A stretch of DNA of 64,000 bases from Octopus sinensis (lineage: Eukaryota): the NCBI RefSeq assembly GCF_006345805.1, contig NC_043002.1, positions 57,846,001 to 57,910,000 of the forward strand. Reading direction: 5' to 3'. Below the pieces are notes generated by a model, which made no database searches, was not told the origin of the DNA, and saw only the letters and a list, made by a program, of their open reading frames with translations. The position numbers and the translations under genes were made by a program. Each line of letters opens with the position of its first letter. Position 1 is the first letter of the stretch. Shown here one piece after another: positions 1 to 10,930 of this stretch.

Positions 1-539
1 GCAAAGTCAACCTCGGTGGAATTTGAACTCAGAACGTAGCGGCAGACGAAATACTGGTAAGCATTTCGGCCGTCGTGCTAACGTTTCTGCCAGCTCGCCG
101 TCTTTAAAATCGAAGAAAGACCTATTTCTTTACCATCCACAAGGGGCTAAACACAGCGAGGACAAACAAGAACAGACAAACCCATTAAGTCGATTATATC
201 GACCCCAGTGCGTAACTGGTACTTATTTAATCGAACCTGACAGGATGAAGGACAAAGTCGACCCCGGCAGAATTTGAACTCGGAACGTAGTGACATACAA
301 AATACCTATTTCTTTACTACACACAAGGGGCTAAACACAGAGAGGACAAACAAGGACAGACAAACGGATTAAGTCGATTATATCGACCCCAGTGTGTAAC
401 TGGTACTTATTTAATCGACCCCGAAAAGATGCAAGGCAAAGTCGATCTCGGCGGAATTTGAACTCAGAACGTAGCGGCAGACGAAATACCACTAAGCATT
501 TCGCCCGGCGTGCTAACGTTTCTGCCAGCTCGCCGCCTT
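1..539 (-). mobile_element. Three head-to-tail copies of tRNA-derived SINE family A (last copy 304-539 full length)
   Basis: Reverse complement of the element at 905-1139: head aaggcggcgagctggcag..gttcaaattcc (A/B-box-like), core gcctttcatcctttcggggtcgataaattaagtaccag, tail gtagtaaagaaatagg. Confidence 0.9.
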
Positions 540-544
540 AAAAC

Positions 545-895
545 AATATATATCAAGGCAACACCAACGTCCTCTCAACCATTAATCGGAGATGATTTTT
601 TAAATGAGAATATCGGAAATAAACTCGACTGCTCTCACAAACGAGAATACTGAAAATGAACCCGACCGCTCTCAAAACTTAAGTAAAGAAAAACATAGGA
701 AAAATAATCCAGAATCCTTGTCCTGTACCGGATTGATCCCAAAATCTAATCAGTTTGTGCCAGTCATGAAGCCAAACATCCTTAAAAGTTTCATCAGAAA
801 TTATACAGCGGTTCTTGAGATACCTTGTCCACGGACAAACAAACAAATAAACACGACTGAAAACAATACCTCTGCCTTCGTTAAGGCGGATGTAA
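545..895 (+). mobile_element. Non-autonomous Helentron/HINE-like element
   Basis: Ends in short (CAAA)n followed by the terminal palindrome tacctctgcctt-cgtt-aaggcggatgta, the architecture of DINE-1/HINE-type rolling-circle elements; no coding capacity. Confidence 0.55.
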
Positions 896-904
896 TAATG
901 CAAA

Positions 905-1139
905 AAGGCGGCGAGCTGGCAGAATCGTTAGCACGCCGGGCGAAATGCGTAACCGTATTTCGTCTGCAGTTACGTTCTGAGTTTAAATTCCGCCGAGGTC
1001 GACTTTGCCTTTCATCCTTTCGGGGTCGATAAATTAAGTACCAGTTGCACACTGGGGTCGATGTAATCGACTTAATCCGTTTGTCTGTCCTTATTTGTCC
1101 CTTCTGTGTTTAGCCCCTTGTAGGTAGTAAAGAAATAGG
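905..1139 (+). mobile_element. Full-length young SINE A with target-site duplication
   Basis: Complete head-core-tail; ggatgtaataatgca repeated at 888-902 and 1138-1152. Confidence 0.92.
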
Positions 1140-1159
1140 ATGTAATAATGCATGATAAC

Positions 1160-1600
1160 TAAGGCGTCCAGATGACAGAATCGCTAGCATGTCAAAGAAC
1201 ATGCATAGCGGCATGCTTTCCCACTCATTACGTCCTGAGATCTAATCCTGCCCAGGTTTACTTTTTGGGGGGTAGATAAAATATGTACCAAGTCAGCACT
1301 GGGGATCAATGTAATCAACTCATCCCCTCCCTAAAAAATTACGGGCCTTGTTTCAGAATTTGAAGCCATTTTGATATTCAATAATAATATATAAATTTAA
1401 TATTATAGGGGCGGTGAACCAGCAGAATCGTTAGCACTCCGATCAAAACGCTTAGCGGCATTTCGTCCGTCTTTACGTTCTAAGTTCAAATTCTGCTGAG
1501 GCCCACCTTGCATTTCATCCAGTTGGTAAAATGAATACCAATTGATCCCTGGATTCGATACAATCGACCTGTTCTCTCCCCTAAAAAATTACTGGCCATC
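1160..1600 (+). mobile_element. Two old, diverged SINE A copies
   Basis: Degenerate gcagaatcgttagcac..gttcaaattc..ttcatcc..gtcgat motifs. Confidence 0.75.
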
Positions 1601-1861
1601 GTAATATACGATAATATTATATAAATTTATTATCATATGATACCGTACATTATAGCATCGTGTAAAATAATTATCAATGTTTCAATGACAATAAATAAAT
1701 AAATATTGACACATCCTAACAAATTCTTAGCGATATCAGAAAACAAAGAATTCGTTAATTATGATACAGCTGACTTGAGGGTGCAACTGACCAGAATGGT
1801 CAGAAATTTCATTGTTGTGTTACCAAATTAATGTCTGGAAGAACCTAATGAAGTCAGTCCT

Positions 1862-1865
1862 ACAC

Positions 1866-1898
<33 letters not shown>

Positions 1899-1939
1899 AT
1901 ATATATTATATATATATATATATAATATATATATATATA

Positions 1940-2032
<93 letters not shown>

Positions 2033-2037
2033 TATAT

Positions 2038-2068
<31 letters not shown>

Positions 2069-2070
2069 GA
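1862..2070. repeat. (TA)n microsatellite, representative of many (e.g. 22386-22540, 25245-25360, 32480-32600, 40180-40280)
   Basis: Directly visible. Confidence 0.98.
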
Positions 2071-2321
2071 GATTATATTTTAGCTAATTGTTTTGTTTTT
2101 GTTCAGTTCCAGTCAATAATAATGAAAATACGTCACGTTACACTTAATAAATTTCTTCTCTAGTATTCTTAACAACATCATTATTAAGTCAATGAGATAG
2201 CCTGTAAATGGTCTATCGACTGTTTAGAAGTACCAGTTAAATATCCTATGTCATACCTTATCGTCTTAAAAAAAATGAAGGACGCATAAACATGAAATCC
2301 TAAATGCCCCATAAGAAATGA

Positions 2322-2580
2322 GACACGTGGCCTAGTAGTTAGGATGTTGTGCTCTTGATCGTAGCGTCGTGATTTCGATTCCTGGACGGAGCGATGCGTT
2401 GTGTGCTTAATGCAAATACTTCTTTCCACTTTGCTTCTGTCCACTCAGCTGTGAGTGTGTAATCCTGCGAATGGACCGGCGGTTCTTTCATGAGGGGGTG
2501 TCGTCATCCCTGTCGCTTTGCGCCATGGAAACCGTGTAGCTGTCCTTATGAGTCCCACGACACGGGACGACAATGTCCAA
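2322..2580 (+). mobile_element. tRNA-derived SINE, head type C (gtggcctagtagttag) with its own tail
   Basis: A box gtggcctagtagttagg, B box tttcgattcc, CORE-like ttgtgtgctt..caaatact..ccactcagctg; head shared with 26640-26940 and 56987-57187. Confidence 0.7.
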
Positions 2581-2898
2581 GAACTGATGATGACAATGGT
2601 AATGATAGTTAGGGATGCTACAACCTTTTTTGTCATAGATCTCTTACGTTGAGACTCTCCTTCATCTCCTTCACCTTAAATTAACAACTACAACAACAAT
2701 GGCCATACCGTCGTTGGGTGTTATAGATAACAGAGTTGCCAGTTTTACAAAATAAAAATGTCTTATTGAAATAGTGTTCCGTAAATTTTGTTATTTTATT
2801 TGTGGAAATTGTTGTCTAATTCATTACTGTCGAATTAATATCCTTCATTAGTTCTTTCTCATTTATTTTAGAGCTATTTAACTATTATTATTGTAGTC

Positions 2899-2934
<36 letters not shown>

Positions 2935-3063
2935 AACCGGAAGCTATTGTGTATGTATGCCTGAATGGCCATGCATTTATGTATGTACATTCGTATATAG
3001 CTATGTGGTGTGTGTGTGTGGGGGGGTAATGCATGTGTGCTTCAATATATATGTATATAGCTA

Positions 3064-3120
<57 letters not shown>

Positions 3121-3433
3121 TATATATATATGCACGTATATATGGATCTGTGTATGTACAAAGTTGAATGAAAAATTATGTAAATAAGAATTGCTTTACT
3201 TTCCGACTCAAACTCGCATCTATGAATCTATGTATATATGTGGCGTCTGTACATATGTATGTATACATGCATGTATGTATGTATGTATGTATGTATGTAT
3301 GTATGTATGTATGTATGTATGTATGTATGTATGTGTGTGTAAGTTTGTATGTATTTTTCTGTGTATGAATGTATGTGTGTATGTGTGTGTATGTATGTAT
3401 GTATGTTTGTATCTACGTGTGCGTAAGTATGTA

Positions 3434-3868
3434 TATCATTATTCGATTTATTTCAAGATTCCTTGCCAATAGAGAAAGAACCGGTTTCGAACTTAGATCC
3501 AAGGCTCCTTCATTGGAATTTCAACAGCACCAACAGAGTACTTTTGTATGTATATATGTATATGTCCAGATTTGTATGTTTTGCTTTATGTATATATTCT
3601 CATGCATATAGCTCCATATCTAGACATGCACATATATATATATATTTAAATGATAAACTTCTGGAAAGTTTTACAGATTTTTACAGTTCCAGTGATGGAC
3701 TGGATCTGCAATCTTTGAATCATCTTTCTCCTTACTGGTTTTGAGAAGTCTAATTTCTCAAAATTGGTATTTAGGCAGTTGTTTACATATCCAAGGACTC
3801 CAGTAATTACAGGTATAAATCTGAACTGGATAGCGTAGATGTAGATTCCTCAATGCTTCAGAGTTATG
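3434..3868 (-). mobile_element. 3' end of an RLE-type (R4/Dong-like) non-LTR retrotransposon
   Basis: Minus frame FRFIPVITGVLGYVNNCLNTNFEKLDFSKPVRRKMIQRLQIQSITGTVKICKTFQKFII* resembles the C-terminus of restriction-like endonuclease LINEs; followed by 3' UTR and (CATA)n. Confidence 0.8.
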
Positions 3869-4675
3869 TACGCGTGTGTGTGTAAGTATGTATTTATGTA
3901 TGAATGTATGCATATATGTACGAATGTGTGTATGTGTGCGTGTATGTGTGTGTATGTATGTATGTATGTATGTATGTATGTATGTATGTATGTATGTATG
4001 TATGTATGTATGTATATATGTATTTCTGATCCTGAATAGAGTTTCAGAGCTTGCTTTTTTCGGACATCTCTGCCATGGCAAAATACATTTTTTACGAAGA
4101 GAAAAAAAGGAAAAAGAGAAAGAAACTACGAGTGGAAGGCCTTGTTCTTTGCGACAACCTTTGTACAACCTTGCTCCCTTGATATTTCAAGAAGTTCTTG
4201 TGGAGTTTTATTATCTCAGATGTCCAGCACATCTGTAGCGTATGAACTATGGATCCACGCGAGTGCATGAGAATAGAAAGCGATTGACAGCAAACAATGG
4301 AAGAACACTATAAAAGGGGAATTAAATGTTGCAGAATGGAACTGGAAGAAATAAGAAGAATGAAAATGGTAAAAAAGAAAAGAAAAAAACCTTCATCAAA
4401 ATCCACAACAACATTGGGGCTGCCAAAATTATATTCGAAAATATCTGCGGTTATGTCTATGGCATTATATTTGGTCTAGAATTCGGTGAAAGAATGAACC
4501 GTCGTGACATAAGCTTCCTTATATTTAGAAAGAAATGTCCTTTTCATATCCATACTTGATAATGAATAACAACCAATAACGCACACACACACACACAAAA
4601 GTAAACACACCTGTGTATATGTATGTATATACATCCTATACATACATCTATATATATATATACACACATGCACGA

Positions 4676-4708
<33 letters not shown>

Positions 4709-4913
4709 ATATATATATATCTATATATATATATAAGAGGTATCGAAAAAACCCAAGATAGCAGGTAAGGCTATGTAAGTGCTAAGGGAGGAGAGCAGTT
4801 AGATAAGTGCGGAGTCTAATGCGTGCCTTATGTGAGCATGTATATATTAAATAAAATGAGAAACAAAACCAAGGCTGTGTGGAATTTATAGGACATTTAT
4901 AAAGAGAAAAGTA

Positions 4914-4961
4914 GTCTTACAGCTGTTTCTGGGATATTAGGGATATCCCTTCGTGAAAGAC
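4914..4961 (-). ncRNA. Degenerate minimal type-I hammerhead-like motif in a Penelope-like fragment (about 4740-5200)
   Basis: GTCT-ttcacga-a-GGGATAT..ATATCCC-a-GAAA-CAGCTG-TA-AGAC; core has 2 mismatches to CTGANGA. Confidence 0.55.
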
Positions 4962-5533
4962 GATATGAGAGAGTTAACTAGAGGGAAATAGTAGGGTTCA
5001 ATAAAAGGAGCTAGTTTGGAAAAAGGATAGAAATAAGAAGTATAAAGGGAAATGAGAGAATAAAAGTAAAGATAAAAATATATGTTGGATTTTACAGTTG
5101 AGATTTTATTATCCAAGGAAAGTGATGTGTAGAAGGGGAGAAATGCTTCTTGTCCATGGTAAATAAATTCCATTAGGGTTTCACACTATTCACTTGTAAT
5201 AACGAAATATGAACTGCTATCCGTTAGTAGTAACAAAATATGAAGTCCTGTCGGAATCTACACACCATGGACAAGAAGCGTTTCTACTGATTCTACACAC
5301 TACTTTCCTTGGATAATAGAACTGTAACTGTAACATCCTACATATATTTTTACTTTCCACACAAGAAACAATCACACATGGACAAATCATGGGACCGAGG
5401 GGGCCAAGGAATATCATCAGACCTGGAAATGAGGCGGTCATCGAAGAGAGGGTAAAGGGCGACCATTGATGCTCTGGCAGTGTGGGCCAGAGCATCAATG
5501 GTCATTCACCCCCTAAAGCACCAGGTACGTTAA

Positions 5534-5594
5534 CCAGAACATTGAGTACTCTGGTCCACAAACGTGGGCGTGGGTTCGAATCCCACTTCTGACA
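5534..5594 (+). pseudogene. 3' half of tRNA-Leu(CAA)-like gene fused to a SINE-B-type tail (to about 5675)
   Basis: ggcgtgggttcgaatcccacttctgaca matches the Leu(CAA) T-arm and acceptor strand; long variable arm gtccac-aaac-gtgggc; 5' half missing. Confidence 0.7.
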
Positions 5595-6710
5595 AATATC
5601 GTTAATTTTTGAATGGCGGTGCCCCAGCATGGCCACAGCTCGTGAGCTGAAACTAGATAAAATGAAAAATATGAAATATATATATATATATATATATTTA
5701 TATAATGAATAACAAATACATATCTATACGCGTATGTGTGTGTCTGTGTGTCTATGAGTGTGCGTTTATGTAACGTATAATAATGTGTACAAGTATATAT
5801 ATACAATTTCTATTATCATGTTTCGAGCGTCACGTAAATTATCGTAATCCAGTCTGCTTTCTGTATAATTTCTAATTAACTTCTATACTGAATATTGTTA
5901 CCAGTTAGGAGCTACAGAGCAAACGTAGGGAAAATAAGGATAAACGCAAGTATTTGTCAAAGTTCCTGTTAAAGTCCCTACGCACGTTTCGCCATAATGG
6001 TTGTTTGGAGCCTTGCGATAGAAATCCAAAATGTATTTAGATGATGAACTACAACGGATCCTAAGGTAACACTAGTATCAAATCACAGATGTAGTTATCT
6101 GTAAATATATATGTGTGTGTATGTAAGTGTTTGCGTGTGCGTGTGCGTGGTGTATACTTATGTCCACTTGTGTAACATGCGCTTTGTGTAACCTCGCTTC
6201 TCTTCCTTTCATCTTGGATAACATGTTAACAATAGAGTAAGAATGTTCCGTACATGGCGTCTAATACCAATGTATGACTACAATATATCAATGTATATTG
6301 TTACATTGTCAGAAACTATGTTCACACATACAAGTATGTATGTATTTATGTATGTATGTTTGTATGCATGTATATATATGTATGTATGATTGTATGTATG
6401 TATGTGTATATGTATGTATGCTTGTATGTATTTATGCATGTATGTTTGTATGTGTCTATGTATGATTGCATGCATGTATATATGTATGTATGTTTGTATG
6501 TATGTGTGTATGTATGTATGTATGTATGTATGCATGTATGTATGTATATATGTATGCTTGTATGTATGTATATATGTATGCATGTATGTATGTAGGCATG
6601 CATGTATGTATGTATGTATGTGTGTATGTATGTTTGTATATATTTATGTATGTATGCATGCATACACACATATACACATACATACGTATGTGTATATGTG
6701 TGTATGTATA

Positions 6711-7341
6711 CCTCCAGTTGTCGTAAAGAATCCACTTTTCATCGCAAGTCACAATCCGGTCGAGAAAGGGGTCGTTCTTGTTGCGTAAAAGAAGGGAAGA
6801 CAACACTTCAAAACGGCATTTTTTTCTTTGGTTGTTCAATTCGTGCGGCACCAATTTCTCAAGTTTTTCCAATCTCTTTCAAGTGTTTGGAAATTGTCAT
6901 GTACGTTACGTCTAATTCAGAAGCAAGCTCCCGAACAGTTGTGCGTGGATTGGCTTCGACTAAGGCTCTTATTTGATCGTTGCCAACATCTGATGCCGAC
7001 CACTATGCTTATCATCTTTAAGACTCTCATCACCACTACGAAATTTCTTGAACCACCATTGTGCTGTACGTTCATTCGAGCTGTTTCAGCAGCTTTTCGG
7101 GCTAGCTTGAACTGGAATAAGAAAATTGTGCGAATTTGCTTTTTATCCATGTTGTATTAAACGTTCCGGAAAAAATGGCCTAATTATTCAAAAAGAAAAC
7201 GTGTAACTCGATTAGATTGAGCAAAAGAACTGGCTTTAAAATGATATAAAAAAGTCGAGGTAATTTAACGAAAATTAATTTGAAAATACATCATTTAAAA
7301 CCAAATTTAAAAATTCCGCAAGTACTTTGTTGACAACCTAA
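6711..7341 (-). mobile_element. Mariner (cecropia/Hsmar1-like) transposon 5' half, frameshifted
   Basis: TIR ttaggttgtcaacaaagtacttgcgg with TA at 7342-7343; ATG 7150 MDKKQIRTIFLFQFKLARKAAETAR; ..VPHEL..RFEVLSSLLLRNKNDPFLDRIVTCDEKWILYDN; truncated by (CATA)n. Confidence 0.9.
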
Positions 7342-7342
7342 T

Positions 7343-7740
7343 ATGTATGTATGTGTGTATGTATATATGCTTGTATGCATGCATGCATGTATGCATGTAT
7401 GTGTGTATGTTTGTATGTATGCATGTATGTATGTATGTATGTATATATGCATGTATGTGTATGTATGTATGCATGTATGTGTATGTATGTATGTGTGTAT
7501 GCATGTGTGTATGTTTGCATGTATGTATGCATGCATGTATGTATGTGTATGTATGTATGTGTGTATGTATGTGCATATGGCTGCATGTATGTATGCATGC
7601 ATGTATGTATGTATGTGCATGTATGTATGTGTGTATGCATGTGTGTATGTTGCATGTATGTATGCATGCATGTATGTATGTGTATGTATGTATGTGTGTA
7701 TGTATGTGCATATGGCTGCATGTATGTATGCAATATATCA
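7343..7740. repeat. Compound (TATG/CATG)n tract with about 134-bp higher-order duplication
   Basis: gcatatggctgcatg recurs near 7574 and 7708. Confidence 0.85.
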
Positions 7741-7741
7741 A

Positions 7742-7909
7742 TGTAATCTATTGATTTTATTATTATTATTATTACTACTACTACTACTACTACTACTACT
7801 ATACTACTACTACTATACTACTACTACTACTACTACTACTACACGAATAGTTGTTACAACAATGGTTTTTTCACATGTTTCAAAACTCCTGTCAATGTGC
7901 AACCGTCAA
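7742..7909 (+). repeat. Direct duplicate, copy 1 (partner 9394-9551)
   Basis: Identical unique flanks tgtaatctattgatttt and acacgaatag..aaccgtcaa around (ATT)n(ACT)n. Confidence 0.9.
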
Positions 7910-8002
7910 TTATGTGCATGTATGTATGTATGTGTGTATGTTTGCATGTATGCATGTATGTACGTATGTATGTATGTATGTATGTATGTATGTGTATATG
8001 TG

Positions 8003-8035
<33 letters not shown>

Positions 8036-8124
8036 TCCTACCATGATTGTTTTTATTTATTGTAGCTCTTTTGTTTTTTTTGCTCATTCTCATGACTGCT
8101 CGGCTGCTTATTAATGGTGTCCAT

Positions 8125-8530
8125 GCCATTCAGCCTTTCGGGGCCGATAAAATAACTACCAGTCAAACACTGGGCTCCATGTAATTGACATACACCTCCC
8201 TGAAATTGCTGGCCTGGTGCCAAAATTTGTAGCCTTTATTATTAGTAGTAGTACTATTGTTTTCTCAGAGCGTTCGGTCTTCTTTCCTCTGGTTGAATCT
8301 GCGAGAGCGGAGAGCAGCCTGTTGTCCGAGGTCTCATAGTATCTCTTTCCATACATTATAAGCTTTGATGCTTGGTTCTCCGTTCAAATTTCGCCGAGGA
8401 CAAATTTGCTTTTCATCTTTTTCGGGGGTCGATAAATTAAGTACCAGTTGCGTACTGGGGCTGATATGATCGACTAGTCCCTCCCCACCCTCCCTAAATA
8501 TCTGTCCTTGTGCTTTTAGTAGAAAGGATT
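8125..8530 (+). mobile_element. Two SINE A copies (first 5'-truncated)
   Basis: Core ttcatc..ggggtcgataaattaagtaccag present twice. Confidence 0.8.
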
Positions 8531-8539
8531 ATTATTATC

Positions 8540-8688
8540 ATTGCTCCTGATGCTGCTACTGCTACATCTACTGCTGCTGCTACTACTACTACAACTACTA
8601 CTACTGCTGCTACTACTACTGCTGCTGCTTCTGCTGCTGCTACAGCTATTACTACTGCTGCTGCTACAGATGCTGCTACAACTACTAT

Positions 8689-8731
<43 letters not shown>

Positions 8732-8780
8732 GCTACTACTACTACTACTACTACTACTGCTACTACTACTGCTGCTGCTG

Positions 8781-8814
<34 letters not shown>

Positions 8815-8851
8815 ACAACTACTACTACTACTGCTGCTTCTGCTGCTGCTG

Positions 8852-8894
<43 letters not shown>

Positions 8895-8895
8895 C
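8540..8895. repeat. (ACT/GCT)n triplet microsatellite (similar tracts at 12505-12655, 30480-31200, 45800-45995)
   Basis: Directly visible. Confidence 0.97.
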
Positions 8896-9198
8896 GTTAT
8901 TTTCGTTGTTATTCGTATTAACCTTCTTCTATTGCTGTTATTGTCGCCGTCAATCCATTTTGGTGGAGGTTTATTATATTCCGTCGCTGTTGTTATAAAG
9001 CTAATCTATAAGATTGGCTTTATTCCCACAGCACAAACACAACCAATTACATTTACCTATTTTTCTATATACTTCCGTAAATGTATTCGTCTTGTGTTCT
9101 CTCATACACACACACACACACACACATGTATATATATATGTATACGTATGTACGTGTGTATTCGTATGTGTGTATGCGTGTGTGTGTGTCTGTCTGTG

Positions 9199-9233
<35 letters not shown>

Positions 9234-9393
9234 CTATATGTTGAACAACGCATAAAGATGATGTGGTGGAAACTTTACACATATTTTTCTCATGTGATCA
9301 CAGTTTTTTTTTATCTATCGATATGAGTACATCTCCGGGGACACGTTCCTTGCGGTTCCTCCCCTAAAGTGTGTTGTAATAGACTTTCTGTTT

Positions 9394-9424
9394 TGTAATC
9401 TATTGATTTTATTATTATTATTAT

Positions 9425-9484
<60 letters not shown>

Positions 9485-9551
9485 ACGAATAGTTGTTACA
9501 ACAATGGTTTTTTCACATGTTTCAAAACTCCTGTCAATGTGCAACCGTCAA
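9394..9551 (+). repeat. Direct duplicate, copy 2 (partner 7742-7909)
   Basis: See copy 1. Confidence 0.9.
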
Positions 9552-9692
9552 GTTCCTCAGCAAGATTTTTCAGGTATATTTTGGTATCATTCTTTTGAAA
9601 TCTGTATTCTACCATGCCCGATAATTTGTTCATGAAGCGGGTCAGATTCCCCAGAAGAACAACACTATTAAGAATAGAAATTTGGATTAGAG

Positions 9693-10930
9693 TTAACCTT
9701 ATTGATAACAATGTATCTGATATCACCTTTGGTTCTATGATTCAAACTACCTGCTTTAAAGTAACCTAAATACAAGCTTTCCATCGGAATTCCATTTTGA
9801 TATATATTCCAAACACCAGCTTATTTACGACAAAGTTATTTTACTAATTTTGCTTTTGTTATCTTCAAAGTAATAAAAAGAAAGGCAGTCTTTCAACAGA
9901 AACAAGCTCTCAAGAGTTAAAGAAATCTAAATTAAAATCTTCCTTCAAAATTTCATGTTATTTTATACTCCAAGCATTAGCTTAATAACAACAAACTTAT
10001 TTTACTAAATTCTTTTATCATTTTCAGAAAGTAATTGAAACAAAGGCACTGTTTTTCAACAGAGCAAAAGTTATTTAAATTCAAATCCTCCAGCGATCCA
10101 TGTTAATTTATACTGCAAACATCAGATTAATAATTCTTTTATTCTTTTACTTTTCATGCTGGAGCACCGCCTTTAGTCGAGCAAATCGATCCCAGGACTT
10201 ATTCTTTATAAGCCCGGTAATTATTATATCGGTCTCTTTTGCAGAACCACTAAGTTACGGGGGACGTAATCACACCAGCATCGGTTGTCAAGTGATAGTG
10301 GGGGGGGGGGGACAAACACAGACACACAAACACACACACACACAAATATATATATATATATATATACGACGGGCTCCTTTCAGTTTCGGTCTACCAAATC
10401 CACTCACAAGGCTTTGGTCGACCCAAGGCTATAGCAGAAGACACTTTTGCCCAAGGTGCCGCACAGTGGGACTGAACCAAGAACCATGTGGTTGGTATCT
10501 GGCTGAATCCGATAACTGAATAAACAGAATAACTATTTTCAAAATTAATTGAAACAGAAATATGGTATGACAAGACCCAAAACCTTTTGATACCAAACCA
10601 CTTCAAACTTCTCTTTAGTTCTAATGTACAAACTTTATCTTAAAGCGATCTCAGAAGATTTCATAAACGACAAATATATTTTAATAAACACTTCATTATT
10701 TTCAAAAGTTAACCGAAAGAGGAATAATATATTTCACCAGAAATATGATAACGAACGGGTTGATTAGTTGAGAGGCATATCCCTTCAGTGGCGAGTTGAA
10801 CTCTTCTGCAACCAACCTGCTCCAGACCGCCCCTGTTATAAAATGATTTAAATTTTAACCTTTCATTGAAAATTCATGTCATGTTCCAAATAACAGCATG
10901 ATAACAACACAGTTATTGTAAAGTAAGAGC
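9693..10930 (+). mobile_element. Cluster of TTAA-ended (piggyBac-type) MITE units, interrupted by SINE B
   Basis: Starts ttaacctt..; repeated units ccaaacaccagctt..ttttactaaattc..tttcaacagaaa..gttaa; same family as 35627-36150. Confidence 0.65.
10135..10497 (-). mobile_element. SINE B
   Basis: Reverse complement of the element at 44450-44885. Confidence 0.88.

Noticed and set aside
905-1139. SINE heads as functional tRNA genes
   Set aside because: No complete cloverleaf; they are followed by SINE core and tail and bounded by TSDs.
1862-2070. Irregular interruptions in (TA)n tracts as a coded pattern
   Set aside because: Single-base slips fit long-read consensus error or replication slippage.
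4030-4240. Possible upstream part of the RLE LINE at 3434-3868
   Set aside because: Resemblance was too weak to support by eye.
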